The notes beneath the pieces were generated by a model that worked only from the letters and a program-made list of their open reading frames with translations, made no database searches and was not told where the DNA came from. From Synergistales bacterium (GTDB taxonomy: Bacteria > Synergistota > Synergistia > Synergistales > JAFGMB01): a DNA stretch of 64,000 nucleotides. Below are positions 41,028 to 51,780 of this stretch, in pieces; the first letter of the stretch is position 1, and the number at the start of each line of letters is the position of its first letter. The translations under genes and the position numbers were made by a program. The DNA is taken from assembly GCA_963666205.1 (NCBI GenBank), contig OY762654.1, forward strand, positions 800,001 to 864,000. Reading direction: 5' to 3'.

Positions 41028-42794
41028 ATGAGATGCTGTACGACAGACTCCCCGAAGAACCAGAACCTCCCTGAAAAAAAGATCCTTCTCATCGGTAATC
41101 CAAACGTAGGGAAAAGTGCTATATTCACGAGACTGACAGGGGTCCATGCTCTTTCTTCCAATTACCCGGGGACAACTGTTGGCTTTCTGGAAGGATGGCT
41201 CAGGGCTGGAGATGCACAATACAGACTTATAGATGTTCCAGGAGCCTATACTCTTGAACCCACAAATGAGGCAGAAGAGGTAGCTAACAGGATAATTGAC
41301 GAAGGGGCCGATCTGGCAGTAGTAGTTCTGGATGCCACTGCTTTGGAACGGAACCTTTACCTGGCCTTTCAGGTCCTGGAAAAAGGGATCAACGTTATCG
41401 TAGCCCTTAACATGATAGATGAAACCCGTCACAAGGGAATAAGCATTGATACAGAAACCCTGGAAAAACTTCTGGGAGTCCCTGTTGTCCCTACCATAGG
41501 TGTTACAGGGCAAGGCATACGGACTGTTCTTGAACGTATGCCGGAAGCAAGAACTTCATTTTTCCCCCACATGTCAAAGGAAGAACGCTGGACAGAAATA
41601 GGAAATATCATCGAAAAGGTCCAGTCCGTGGTTCACCGTCATCACACTCTGAAAGACAGATTGGAAGATTTTTCAGTGGATCCGGTATGGGGTGTAGTAC
41701 TCGGTCTTTTTATACTCGCTACAAGCTTTTACCTTGTAAGACAGGTTGGTGAGGGTCTTATAAACTACATTCTGGATCCTCTTTTTGCAAGACTATGGGT
41801 TCCTTCTCTTGAAGGTCTTTCTGACCTGTTAAAGCAGGAGGGGGTGCTCCATCAGGTTCTTATCGGTACTCTGTTTGATGGCTCCATAGATCTCGAGCAG
41901 AGTTTCGGGTTACTCTCCACCGGCCTTTATGTACCTGTTGTCATGGTTCTTCCCTACGTAATATCCTTTTACGGGGTACTGAGTTTTCTGGAAGACTGGG
42001 GCTATCTCCCCCGTATGGCTGTTATTTTTGACTCACTGATGCATCGCCTTGGACTTCATGGTTTTGCCATCGTTCCGGCGTTACTTGGCCTTGGCTGTAA
42101 CGTGCCCGGTATAATCGCAACAAGGATCCTTGAATCTCCACGGGAAAGGTTCATTGCAGCGACCCTGATATCAGTAGCCGTACCATGTGCCGGACTTCAG
42201 GCTATGATAATTGGTGTCCTTGGAGATATTGGTCTCAAGTACGTTATCATAGTATACGTATCACTGATAATCGCATGGATAGTTATAGGCAGGATCCTGC
42301 ATCTTTTGCTTCCCGGGTACAGTCCGGAACTTATCGTTGAGATCCCCCCATACAGGTTACCCTCCTTCAAAGGGCTTTTCTATAAGCTATGGTTCAGAAC
42401 AAAGGGGTTCCTGATAGAAGCGATCCCTCTTGTTATGGTAGGAGTTCTTATTGTGAATTTCCTTTACATGACAGATCTTATGGGACATCTGGGAATCATA
42501 CTCAGTCCGGTTTTCAATGGGCTGCTTGGGTTACCTGTAGAAACAGCAGGCCCTATCCTGCTGGGTCTTCTACGAAAAGATGTAGCAGTGGGAATGCTTA
42601 TGCCCCTGGGACTCACTCCGGATCAGCTTGTAATAGCAACGGTGACCCTCGCAATGACCTTCCCCTGTATTGCGACGTTTGTGGTCCTGTGGAAAGAACT
42701 GAGGGCCAGGATGTTTGCAAGTCTCCTGATAATGGTCTTATCTGCACTCACCACTGGTATCCTTCTTCGCATTTTTCTTTCTCTGGAATTCTGA
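41028..42794 (+). CDS. feoB: Ferrous iron transporter B
   Basis: GNPNVGKS, NYPGTTV, DVPG, NMID, LED.GYLPR, GLGCNVP. Confidence 0.95.
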   Translation: MRCCTTDSPKNQNLPEKKILLIGNPNVGKSAIFTRLTGVHALSSNYPGTTVGFLEGWLRAGDAQYRLIDVPGAYTLEPTNEAEEVANRIIDEGADLAVVVLDATALERNLYLAFQVLEKGINVIVALNMIDETRHKGISIDTETLEKLLGVPVVPTIGVTGQGIRTVLERMPEARTSFFPHMSKEERWTEIGNIIEKVQSVVHRHHTLKDRLEDFSVDPVWGVVLGLFILATSFYLVRQVGEGLINYILDPLFARLWVPSLEGLSDLLKQEGVLHQVLIGTLFDGSIDLEQSFGLLSTGLYVPVVMVLPYVISFYGVLSFLEDWGYLPRMAVIFDSLMHRLGLHGFAIVPALLGLGCNVPGIIATRILESPRERFIAATLISVAVPCAGLQAMIIGVLGDIGLKYVIIVYVSLIIAWIVIGRILHLLLPGYSPELIVEIPPYRLPSFKGLFYKLWFRTKGFLIEAIPLVMVGVLIVNFLYMTDLMGHLGIILSPVFNGLLGLPVETAGPILLGLLRKDVAVGMLMPLGLTPDQLVIATVTLAMTFPCIATFVVLWKELRARMFASLLIMVLSALTTGILLRIFLSLEF

Positions 42795-43075
42795 ACAGTA
42801 CAAACCGGAAACCTGTTTTCCTGTTGTACAAAGTTCTCTTTATGCTCTCCATATTTTTTATGATCCACAGGTTCAACCATATCCCCTTCCCGGAGGAAGT
42901 TTTCGGGGAATTACCCATATTCAGACTCATGAGCAGGATGTTATCCCTCATTAAGATGGTCAGTTCTGATCAGTTTCTACATACTCATTTTACTAAAAAC
43001 AGCTATCACTGAAAGGTAACATCTATTATGAGGATGGATCCAGAAGCAGATCAGTCCCTCCAATAAAGAGTATTC

Positions 43076-44449
43076 TCAATGCCTTGAAAATCCGGTTTTT
43101 CTTTTCAGAAAATTACCCCTACCCATGTCGCCGATAAATTCACCTTTATAAAAGATCATTTCACCACGGGATATAGTTGCGATGACCCTACCTTGTACGA
43201 TCAGCCCTTCATAGGGAGAAAAATCTGTTTTCATATGGAGATCACTGGCATGGATGGTCCATTTTGAAGAGGGGTCAAATATAACCAGGTCCGCATCAGA
43301 ACCAATTGCAAGAATTCCCTTTTGAGGGAACAGGCCATATACTTTTGCCGCATTTTCCGACAGGATTTTTGTAAGATCCTCCAGGGATAATCTATTTTTC
43401 ATTATCCCCTCTGAAAAAATAAGGGGTAACATCGTTTCAGTTCCCGGTAACCCTTTGGGCAATCTGGAAAAGGAACCCTGCCATTTCTTCTGTTCTTTTC
43501 TATACTGGCAATGATCGGAAGCGACAAAGGATAAGGTCCCCTTTGAAATAGCATCCCACAAAGAAGCCCTGTCCTCTGTTTTTCTCAACGGGGGAGCTAT
43601 GGAATACAGATATCCATGATCTGTTTCATACAGGCTATCATCAAGAAGAAGATACTGGGGGCAAGTCTCGCCTGTTACTGATACACCCTCACGCTGGCCT
43701 CTTCGAAGTTCCTCAAGTCCCTGAGAAGAACTCACATGAACGATATGCAAATTGGATCCAGTAATTCTGCCATAGAATATGACCTGTGCGATCGATGAAG
43801 CTTCAGCTGCTGGTGGTCTGGAATACGAGAATTTTGACATTCTGGACAAGTCCTGGGGAGTCATTCTATTGAGAAGTCCTTTTATAAGGTCATCATCCTC
43901 ACAATGGACCAGGGCCAACGCTCTCATATCAGCTATCTCTCTGAAAGCATGGTATAGGACATCCGAGCCGGATCCCCTCCCCGAATCAGAGTATGTAGTA
44001 AAGAATTTAAAACTCGAAACCCCCATTTCAAGAGCTTTTCGGAATTGCCATTCATCTCCCGGCAACCAACCTGTTACTTCGGCATGAAGACCAAAATCGA
44101 TCACACTTTCACTTGCAGATTGGAGCCTGGCGTTAATATCCTCGGGAATGGTTCTATGAGGGGAAGATGAATTGGTAAAGTCTATAATTGTCGTTATTCC
44201 TCCTGCTGCTGCTGCTACTGTGCCATTATAGAAATTATCACTGGTCACAGTCTCCCCTGTTTCAAGGTCCATATGGGTGTGGGGGTCTATGATCCCGGGT
44301 AGAACATACATTCCACGTGCTTCTATTTCCTCTTTCCCTCGAAAACCGGTTCCTATAGCTGCTATTCTTTCTCCCATAACCGCAAGATCCGCTTGGATAA
44401 TGCTTCCTGATAAGTGTAGTTGCCCGTTCCTGATAACAAGGTCATACAT
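43076..44449 (-). CDS. hydA: Dihydropyrimidinase / D-hydantoinase
   Basis: DPHTH, GGITT, FKFF, VHCE, VHVS, ETCPQYL, PPLR, SDHC, GSDAD. Confidence 0.88.
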   Translation of the reverse strand: MYDLVIRNGQLHLSGSIIQADLAVMGERIAAIGTGFRGKEEIEARGMYVLPGIIDPHTHMDLETGETVTSDNFYNGTVAAAAGGITTIIDFTNSSSPHRTIPEDINARLQSASESVIDFGLHAEVTGWLPGDEWQFRKALEMGVSSFKFFTTYSDSGRGSGSDVLYHAFREIADMRALALVHCEDDDLIKGLLNRMTPQDLSRMSKFSYSRPPAAEASSIAQVIFYGRITGSNLHIVHVSSSQGLEELRRGQREGVSVTGETCPQYLLLDDSLYETDHGYLYSIAPPLRKTEDRASLWDAISKGTLSFVASDHCQYRKEQKKWQGSFSRLPKGLPGTETMLPLIFSEGIMKNRLSLEDLTKILSENAAKVYGLFPQKGILAIGSDADLVIFDPSSKWTIHASDLHMKTDFSPYEGLIVQGRVIATISRGEMIFYKGEFIGDMGRGNFLKRKTGFSRH

Positions 44450-44577
44450 TTTCCCAACCTCCATGTCTGTTCTCGAGATGTACAGATACATATTACTGGC
44501 GGGAAGAAATAAATGTAAATGATGCAAAAGGCTGACAGGTAATAAGGCGATTATACTGGAGAGGGTCTCCTGTCAAC

Positions 44578-44626
44578 AATACACAAGCCGGATCAGCTGA
44601 AAATGAGCTGATCCGGCTTGTGTATT
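44578..44626. terminator. 21-bp-arm inverted repeat after folD
   Basis: aatacacaagccggatcagct-N7-agctgatccggcttgtgtatt. Confidence 0.75.
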
Positions 44627-44645
44627 TACCGCCTGTCTAATTTAG

Positions 44646-45491
44646 TTATTGTGCTTTAAAAGCCTCGAGGGTATTGAGTAGGAGCATGGCGATGGTCATG
44701 GGTCCTATTCCCCCCGGTACAGGTGTTATCCAGGAGGCCTTTTCCTTCAGGGCCTCGAAGTCCACATCTCCCACGAGTCCCTCTTCCAGCCGGTTTATCC
44801 CCACGTCAACTATTACTGCTCCCTCTTTGACCATTGGTGCGGTGAGGAACTTTGCCTTTCCTATGGCTGTCACTATGATGTCCGCCTCTTTCGTGTAACT
44901 GGCCATGTCCTTCGTCCTGCTGTGACAGACGGTCACCGTGGCGTTCTGCGCCATGAGCATGGAGGCTACGGGCTTGCCCACTATGTTGCTCCGGCCCAGC
45001 ACAACGGCCCTTTTCCCTTCAAGTTCTATCCCATACTCCCTTAGAAGGTACATGATACCCTTGGGGGTGCACGGTTCCGTCCCCTTAAGCCCCGTAACGA
45101 GCTTTCCCATGTTTATGGGGTGGAATCCGTCCACGTCCTTTTCCGGCCTTATGGCGGCTATGATGCTGTCGCTGTCCATGTGCCGGGGAAGGGGAAGCTG
45201 CACCAGGATCCCGTCTATGCGGGGGTCGTTGTTCATCTCTTCCACAAGGGATAGGAGTTCCTCCTGGGTGGTCTCCTCGGGCAGGCGGTGTAGAATGGAG
45301 TCAAAACCTGCTGCCCTGCACGCCTTCTCCTTCTGTCCCACGTATACCCTGGATGCGGGGTTCTCTCCCACTATCACTACGGCAAGGCCGGGAACTCCCC
45401 TGCCTTCTCCCCTTAGCCTTTCCACTTCCGCCGCTATCTTCTCCCTTACCAGGGCGGCTGTTTTCTTTCCGTCAAGAAGCCGGGCTGTCAA
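44646..45491 (-). CDS. folD: Methylene-THF dehydrogenase / methenyl-THF cyclohydrolase
   Basis: YVGQK, GILVQLPLP, KDVDGFH, PCTP, GRSNIVGKP, DVGIN, PVPGGIGPMT. Confidence 0.97.
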   Translation of the reverse strand: MTARLLDGKKTAALVREKIAAEVERLRGEGRGVPGLAVVIVGENPASRVYVGQKEKACRAAGFDSILHRLPEETTQEELLSLVEEMNNDPRIDGILVQLPLPRHMDSDSIIAAIRPEKDVDGFHPINMGKLVTGLKGTEPCTPKGIMYLLREYGIELEGKRAVVLGRSNIVGKPVASMLMAQNATVTVCHSRTKDMASYTKEADIIVTAIGKAKFLTAPMVKEGAVIVDVGINRLEEGLVGDVDFEALKEKASWITPVPGGIGPMTIAMLLLNTLEAFKAQ

Positions 45492-45642
45492 TATAAAGAC
45501 ACTTCCTTTCAGTTTCCTCGTATTTCAGTTATCTCTTTCCTTATTTTCCTGGTTTCTTACTTCTTTCTCTGGTCCTTCTATTATTTTTTTGCGGTTTCCC
45601 CTGACCGCTCTTTCATGTTCCCCTCCGGTCCAGGAGGCTCCT

Positions 45643-46188
45643 TCAGCTGGTGGTTCCCCTCAGGGGTGACGCCACTTTTCCTGCTATCCTCTCTGCAAAG
45701 AGGGCATAGAGGGGTACGGTGAAGCAGAAGGATATGGCCCTCGGCGGAAGGGTGGTCCACAGGGGTATGCCGAAGAGCATCTTCAGAAAACAGGGCACCA
45801 GTACCATGGATGTGACGAAGAGGCCCGCTCCGCTGGCTATGGCCAGGCGGATAAAGGTCACCCTCTCCCTGCCCATAAGGGTCAGTACGAGGCCGGGGAT
45901 CATTCCGGTGAGGGCGGCGCTGAGGGTGAAGTGGGGCATGTAGACTCCCATGGGGTTCAGGATGAAGCCCAGTATGTCTCCAAGGGCTCCTGCCATACCT
46001 CCTGCCGCGGGTCCGAGGAAGAGCCCCGCAAATACCACGGGAAAACTTCCCAGTCCTATCCTTATCCCTTCCACTCCCCCTATGCTTATCCTCACACTGG
46101 CAAACCTCACCAGGATTATGTTAAGACCCACCAGCAGCCCCAGGGTCACCAGTCTGTGGGTGTCCATTCTTTTCATGGCTTCTTTCAT
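45643..46188 (-). CDS. folT: Folate-family ECF transporter S component
   Basis: Hydrophobic ~180 aa with GIRIG, GP..G, DILG, Y.PHFTLSAAL.G.IPG; between fhs and folD. Confidence 0.85.
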   Translation of the reverse strand: MKEAMKRMDTHRLVTLGLLVGLNIILVRFASVRISIGGVEGIRIGLGSFPVVFAGLFLGPAAGGMAGALGDILGFILNPMGVYMPHFTLSAALTGMIPGLVLTLMGRERVTFIRLAIASGAGLFVTSMVLVPCFLKMLFGIPLWTTLPPRAISFCFTVPLYALFAERIAGKVASPLRGTTS

Positions 46189-46356
46189 TGCTCCTTTGTC
46201 TTCTTTAATAAAGGAAGGGGAGATCCGCCTAAGGAGGTGTAATCCTTTGAAGGGGGGGTCGGGGGATCTCCCTGCGCAGTAATGGCTCGTTATGTTATGC
46301 TGCTGTTTCTGTTCTGTTACTGTCCGCTTTCTGCTGCTCTATGGTCCATGCTCTTC

Positions 46357-48024
46357 CTAGAAGAGACCGGAGATGTTACCTTCGTTGTCTATGTCTATCT
46401 TCAGGGCTGCGGGTTTCTTCGGCAGGCCGGGCATGGTCATTATGCTTCCCGTTATGGGTACAAGGAAACCGGCTCCTGCTGAAAGCCTCACTTCCCTCAC
46501 CGTGAGGGTGAAGCCTTCCGGCCTTCCCAGCTTGGCGGGATCATCAGATATGGAGGACTGGGTCTTGGCCATGCATATGAGAAGGTCGTCCATTCCCTGT
46601 TCGTGGATGGCCGCAAGGTCCTTCTCAGCCTTGTCCGTGTAGGTAACGGCTCCTGCTCCGTAGATCTTCTTCGCTATGGCTTCTATCTTCTCCTTTGGCG
46701 TCGCCTTGGCGTCGTACTGGTAGTGGAAGCTGTTCTCCTTCTCGCATGCCCTTACCACTTTCTCCGCAAGGTCTACGGCTCCTTCCCCGCCTCTGGCCCA
46801 TACTTCGGACAGGGATACGGTGGCTCCAAGCCTTACGCAGTGTTCCTCCACGAGCTTCAGCTCGGCTTCGCTGTCGGTGGGGAATCTGTTTATGGCCACC
46901 ACTACGGGTACTCCGAAGGAGCTCAGGTTCTCTATGTGCTTCTCAAGGTTGGGGATCCCTGCTTCAAGGGCCTTCAGGTCCTCCCTGCCAAGGTCGGTCT
47001 TCGGCATGCCTCCGTGCATCTTCAATGCCCTCACTGTGGCTACGAGAACCACTGCGCTGGGATGGAGCCCTGCCATGCGGCACTTGATGTCCAGAAACTT
47101 CTCCGCTCCAAGGTCGGCTCCGAATCCCGCTTCGGTGACGAAGTAGTCCGAGAGCTTCAGTCCGTACTTCGTTGCCTGGACGCTGTTGCATCCGTGGGCT
47201 ATGTTGGCGAAGGGGCCTCCGTGGACGAAGGCGGGCACTCCTTCAAGGGTCTGGACCAGGTTGGGCTTCAGGGCATCCTTGAGCAGAACTGCCATGGAGC
47301 CTTCGGCCTTCAGGTCCCCTGCTGTAACGGCTTCTCCGCTGTATGTATAGGCTATTACCATCCGGGACAGCCTTTCCTTCAGGTCGGCTATGCTCCCTGC
47401 AAGGCAGAGGATGGCCATCACTTCACTGGCTACGGTGATGTCAAATCCCGATTCCCTCGGTATTCCGTGGGGTTTGCCTCCAAGGCCCACTATCACGTTG
47501 CGAAGGGCCCTCTCGTTCATGTCCATGACCCGCCTCAGAACTATCTGACGGGGGTCTATGCCCAGCTCGTTACCCTGCTGGAGATGGTTGTCAAGCAGGG
47601 CTGCCAGAAGGTTGTGGGCGGTGGATACGGCGTGGATGTCGCCTGTGAAATGAAGGTTTATGTCCTCCATGGGCACCACCTGGGAGTAGCCTCCTCCGGC
47701 TGCTCCTCCCTTGACTCCGAAGCTGGGGCCGAGGCTGGGCTCACGAAGGGCTATGGATACCTTCTTTCCTATCTTTGCCAGTCCCTGGCTGAGGCCCACT
47801 GTGGTGGTGGTCTTTCCCTCTCCTGCAGGGGTGGGCGTTATGGCCGTCACCAGAATAAGCTTGCCGTCCTCGTTCCCCTTGACCCTTTCCCACAGGTCGT
47901 AGGATACCTTAGCCTTGTACCTCCCGTAGAGCTCCAGCTCCTCTTCCTTTATTCCCAACCCTTCAGCTACCTCCACTACCGGCTGCATCTTCGCTGACTG
48001 GGCGATCTCGATGTCACTTAACAT
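46357..48024 (-). CDS. fhs: Formate-tetrahydrofolate ligase
   Basis: [50 protein letters not shown]. Confidence 0.98.
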   Translation of the reverse strand: MLSDIEIAQSAKMQPVVEVAEGLGIKEEELELYGRYKAKVSYDLWERVKGNEDGKLILVTAITPTPAGEGKTTTTVGLSQGLAKIGKKVSIALREPSLGPSFGVKGGAAGGGYSQVVPMEDINLHFTGDIHAVSTAHNLLAALLDNHLQQGNELGIDPRQIVLRRVMDMNERALRNVIVGLGGKPHGIPRESGFDITVASEVMAILCLAGSIADLKERLSRMVIAYTYSGEAVTAGDLKAEGSMAVLLKDALKPNLVQTLEGVPAFVHGGPFANIAHGCNSVQATKYGLKLSDYFVTEAGFGADLGAEKFLDIKCRMAGLHPSAVVLVATVRALKMHGGMPKTDLGREDLKALEAGIPNLEKHIENLSSFGVPVVVAINRFPTDSEAELKLVEEHCVRLGATVSLSEVWARGGEGAVDLAEKVVRACEKENSFHYQYDAKATPKEKIEAIAKKIYGAGAVTYTDKAEKDLAAIHEQGMDDLLICMAKTQSSISDDPAKLGRPEGFTLTVREVRLSAGAGFLVPITGSIMTMPGLPKKPAALKIDIDNEGNISGLF

Positions 48025-48066
48025 TCTCGGTTCCTCCTGTTCTGTTATTTACAGCTATAAAAAATA

Positions 48067-49692
48067 TTATTCGGTTGATCGGGCCGATCTTTTAAGGATC
48101 CTGCCCGGTCGAGCCTGGGTAAATCTTCCTTTCTCCACCACTGCTGATCCGTTAACAATAACGTAATGTATTCCTTCAGGGAAATGGTGTGGTTCCTGGA
48201 ATGTAGCCCTATCGATAATAGTTTCAGGATCAAAAATCACGATATCCGCCCAGAAACCCTCCTTGAGAAGGCCTCTGTCCTGAATACCCATTTTTGATGC
48301 AGGCATAGAAGTCATCTTTCTTACGGCTTCCTCGATAGAAAGGACCTTTTCATCCCTCACGTATTTTCCAAGAACTCTTGGGAAAGAACCATAGGCTCTT
48401 GGATGGGGTTTACCTCCGGAATCTGGAGAGGTTACCCATGAATCCGATATTATTGCAGAAAAAGGGCTTGCTATGACTGTTTTGACATCCTCTTCGCTCA
48501 TCGCAAAGACGACCATTGTGGCATTTCCATCTATCTCCAGAAGGAGATCCAAAAACTTTGAATAGATTTCCCCGTCATGGGGAACACAACGAAATATCTT
48601 ATTAAGAGAAAGCCCTTCATAATCAGTTCGTGAAGGACATTCTCCAATGAATATCCTGTCAATTCCAAGTTGCTTTATAAGACTGTCATTACCACCTTCA
48701 GCTCGTGCAAGGGCACAAATTATAGATTCTCTTGCATCCGGATCATTCAGTCTTTGAAGCATACTCTCTATTCCGCCTTCAAGAGCCCAGGTCGGAAGAA
48801 GGGATGTAATAGTGGTGCTTATAGCAGTATATGGATATACATCACAACTTACATCCACACCATCTTCTCTGGCCCTTGCTATCATAGCCAGGGAATCATG
48901 GACTTTCCCCCAGTTCCTGTTTGACATTGCCTTGTGATGAGATATTTCTACTGCAATACCATTTGCACGACCGATATCAATAGCCTCCTGTACTGATTCG
49001 AGAAGATCATTTCCCTCATCTCTCAGATGAGTCGCATAAATTCCACCATATTCGGTTAAAACAGAAGCAAGTTCAATTAACTCATCTTTTCGGGAATAAG
49101 TCCCAGGGGGATAGATCAGGCCCGTTGACATGCCAAATGCTCCATCCTCCATGCTCTGTTTAAGAAGAGACTTCATTTCCTCCATTTCAACCCTTGAAGG
49201 GTCGCTTCCTTTAAAACCCATGACTGCAACTTTCAAGGTTCCATGGCCGACAAGGGGCACAAGATTCAGGGCAATGCCTTTTTCAATCACTCTTTCATAA
49301 AAATCCCCAAGGCTTTTCCAGTTCCACATATAGTTATAGTGTTTAGCCAGAAATGGAGAATTGTATTTCTTGAGCTGTTCAAGTCTTTCTGGATTCACAG
49401 GAGCCATGGAAAGACCACAATTACCAACTACAGAAGTTGTCACTCCCTGCATGGTATAAGAATCACCCAGTGGAAATGCCAGAATACCCTGGTCCACATG
49501 ATTATGAAGATCGATAAAACCAGGCGATACGACAAGTTTATCCGCATCTATTTCAATTTTTCCCTGCTCATGGATCTTTCCTATTTTTGCAATCTTTTCA
49601 TCTTTTATTCCAATGTCCCTGAAAACAAAGGGGTTCCCGGTGCCGTCAACGATTTTTCCGTTCCGTATTATCAGATCATATCGTGCTTCCAT
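48067..49692 (-). CDS. N-acyl-D-amino-acid deacylase family amidohydrolase (copy 2)
   Basis: PGFIDLHNH, GNCG, STGLIYPP, THLR, SHHK, DVYPY, SD, HPRAYGSFPR. Confidence 0.9.
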   Translation of the reverse strand: MEARYDLIIRNGKIVDGTGNPFVFRDIGIKDEKIAKIGKIHEQGKIEIDADKLVVSPGFIDLHNHVDQGILAFPLGDSYTMQGVTTSVVGNCGLSMAPVNPERLEQLKKYNSPFLAKHYNYMWNWKSLGDFYERVIEKGIALNLVPLVGHGTLKVAVMGFKGSDPSRVEMEEMKSLLKQSMEDGAFGMSTGLIYPPGTYSRKDELIELASVLTEYGGIYATHLRDEGNDLLESVQEAIDIGRANGIAVEISHHKAMSNRNWGKVHDSLAMIARAREDGVDVSCDVYPYTAISTTITSLLPTWALEGGIESMLQRLNDPDARESIICALARAEGGNDSLIKQLGIDRIFIGECPSRTDYEGLSLNKIFRCVPHDGEIYSKFLDLLLEIDGNATMVVFAMSEEDVKTVIASPFSAIISDSWVTSPDSGGKPHPRAYGSFPRVLGKYVRDEKVLSIEEAVRKMTSMPASKMGIQDRGLLKEGFWADIVIFDPETIIDRATFQEPHHFPEGIHYVIVNGSAVVEKGRFTQARPGRILKRSARSTE

Positions 49693-49711
49693 AACTCTAT
49701 CCTGTTGGTCC

Positions 49712-51043
49712 TCACCATGGACCAACTATCTGATGACCCAGGGCAATTGTAGGCAGCCAGCAGGATAGGAATGGAATATAGGTTGTAAGGAGCAGGACAG
49801 GAATTCCTACAAGAATCAGGAAAAGCATCATAGGTTTGATCAATTCTCCTGCCGGCACTCCGGAAAGTCTCGATCCTACAAAAATAGACATTGCAAATGG
49901 AGGTGTCATTACTCCCAATCCTATATTAAGTATTATCATGGAACCAAGATGTACAAGATTGATATTCAGTTCCTTGGCAAGTGGAAGGATAAGAGGAACG
50001 GCAAGGATGAGGATCGGTATTCCATCAAGGAACATCCCCAGAAGAAGCAGAAAGGCATTGATCGATATGAGGATCAGGTATTTACTGTGGAAAAGACCAA
50101 GCATAAATGCTGCCAGACTCTGAGCTACACCCTGGCGTGTCAGGAACCTTGTCAGGACAGTTCCTCCACCGAGCAGTAGAGCTATCATTCCGAGAGTAAT
50201 CACTGTGCTGGTCATGGCTTTCACGAAATTCCCCAATTTCAGATCCCGGTAAATAAAGAAGCCTACTGCCATGCAATAGAATACTGCAATGGCTCCAGCT
50301 TCGTTGGGAGTACAGATACCACCATAAATTCCCACAAGAATCAGCAATGGACATCCAAGGGCCGGAAGAGCCGCCCATGTTGCTGATACAAGCTCTTTCA
50401 TTGAATCTCTGAATGTTTCTGGCATGTCCGGAACTTCCGTACTTGGAATAGTGTATTTATCAACTATAAAATAGTTAAGGATACCGTAACCTAGAGCCAG
50501 AAGAAGCCCTGGAAAAACTGTAGCGAGGAAAAGAGCGGCAACTGACTGCTGCGCTACCAGACAATATATCAAAGCAGGTACGCTCGGAGGAATAAGATAC
50601 CCCAGAAAACTTGAAGAACAGAGGACTGCCGTAGTATAGCTTTTTTTATACCCGTACTTTTCAAGTCTTGGAACCAGCAATGGAATGAGAGCCGAAATAC
50701 ATGGTACAGATGAACCTGTAAGAGCACTCATAAAAAGAGTAGCTATAATACCGACCACTATAAGACCACCCTTGACCTTACCAACAAGGGCGTACGAAAA
50801 ACGTACAATTCGATCTGCCAGACCCGCCTCAGAGATCAGAGCACCTGCAAAAACAAAAAACCCTATTGCCATTACCACCGGAGTAAACAGGGAATGGAAG
50901 AAAGTACCAGCGATGAACGACAGGGGTGCTTCAATAAGGAAGAGGCCCAGTGCTGTACTTGCAAGGAAAACCCATCCCAGGGGAAGGCCTATCATTATAA
51001 GGACAAGAAATGAGATTAGAGAAATAATGATCCCGGTTTCCAT
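49712..51043 (-). CDS. dctM: TRAP transporter large permease
   Basis: TGSS, LIPPS, TPNEA, TPPF. Confidence 0.93.
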   Translation of the reverse strand: METGIIISLISFLVLIMIGLPLGWVFLASTALGLFLIEAPLSFIAGTFFHSLFTPVVMAIGFFVFAGALISEAGLADRIVRFSYALVGKVKGGLIVVGIIATLFMSALTGSSVPCISALIPLLVPRLEKYGYKKSYTTAVLCSSSFLGYLIPPSVPALIYCLVAQQSVAALFLATVFPGLLLALGYGILNYFIVDKYTIPSTEVPDMPETFRDSMKELVSATWAALPALGCPLLILVGIYGGICTPNEAGAIAVFYCMAVGFFIYRDLKLGNFVKAMTSTVITLGMIALLLGGGTVLTRFLTRQGVAQSLAAFMLGLFHSKYLILISINAFLLLLGMFLDGIPILILAVPLILPLAKELNINLVHLGSMIILNIGLGVMTPPFAMSIFVGSRLSGVPAGELIKPMMLFLILVGIPVLLLTTYIPFLSCWLPTIALGHQIVGPW

Positions 51044-51568
51044 TTACTTATTTCCTCCTTCTATCTGTTCCCATCGCTTTTTCTGAATCTCATGAATACC
51101 GTTGAATACATGGTAAAGAAGGTGTATTGCTGAGAGAACGACAACTCCAAAAAGGATATACACCAGCCAGCTTGTGTTGAACCAGCGAACAAGAGTACCG
51201 TACTCCGGATATTTAATCGATCTTAGAAAGAATTTGTACACTGGCTGGGCAAAAACCAGTATTACGACAAGGGAAATAATATCCATTACAAGTAGATAGA
51301 CACGAAGCCCCCATGGTTTACCAGCAAATACTTTTACCTGGATCATTTCTACAGCTATATGGCCCTTGTTTGCTGCTGTAAAAGCTATAGCCAGGATATA
51401 GGAACTCACAAAAATATAGAGAGCAAGATCACCTATCCACATAACTTCAAAATGAAGCCAGTAACGGTTTAATACCTGAGCAAAAACCAGGGTTGTAGAA
51501 ACAAGCAACCCTATGGAACATATCAGGTTTTCGATCTTTGCAATTCCATTCTGGATATTTTTGAACAA
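51044..51568 (-). CDS. dctQ: TRAP transporter small permease
   Basis: Four TM segments; QVLNRY, GHIAVE; between dctP and dctM. Confidence 0.9.
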   Translation of the reverse strand: MFKNIQNGIAKIENLICSIGLLVSTTLVFAQVLNRYWLHFEVMWIGDLALYIFVSSYILAIAFTAANKGHIAVEMIQVKVFAGKPWGLRVYLLVMDIISLVVILVFAQPVYKFFLRSIKYPEYGTLVRWFNTSWLVYILFGVVVLSAIHLLYHVFNGIHEIQKKRWEQIEGGNK

Positions 51569-51780
51569 CTTTTATCACTCTCCTCGTGATGAAGGATATG
51601 GGATATTGAAGGTTTGACTTGAATTGAAGATACCGAGTCGGAAATTCATATACCGATGTGTGCTCAAATAATTACGACTTCAGTTATAACAGGACCTTAA
51701 CCTTAAATTTAATGCAACACATATACCCTGATTAAACAAAGACAGTTAAAATAAGGATCTTTCATAAATCTTTCCAGGAT

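Noticed and set aside
42748-43012. Short ORFs after feoB as FeoC or an intron remnant
   Set aside because: No Cys-rich FeoC motif, no RBS and no recognisable reverse-transcriptase or maturase motif.
46190-46356. THF riboswitch upstream of folT
   Set aside because: Characteristic conserved segments not recognisable; kept only as an unexplained structure.
46603-47997. 464-aa plus-strand ORF (and 44938..45669)
   Set aside because: Antisense to fhs/folD; expected from high-GC codon bias.
44645-48049. gttatt direct repeat flanking the high-GC block as a target-site duplication
   Set aside because: Only 6 bp, AT-rich and includes the folD stop codon; likely chance, with no mobile-element genes nearby.
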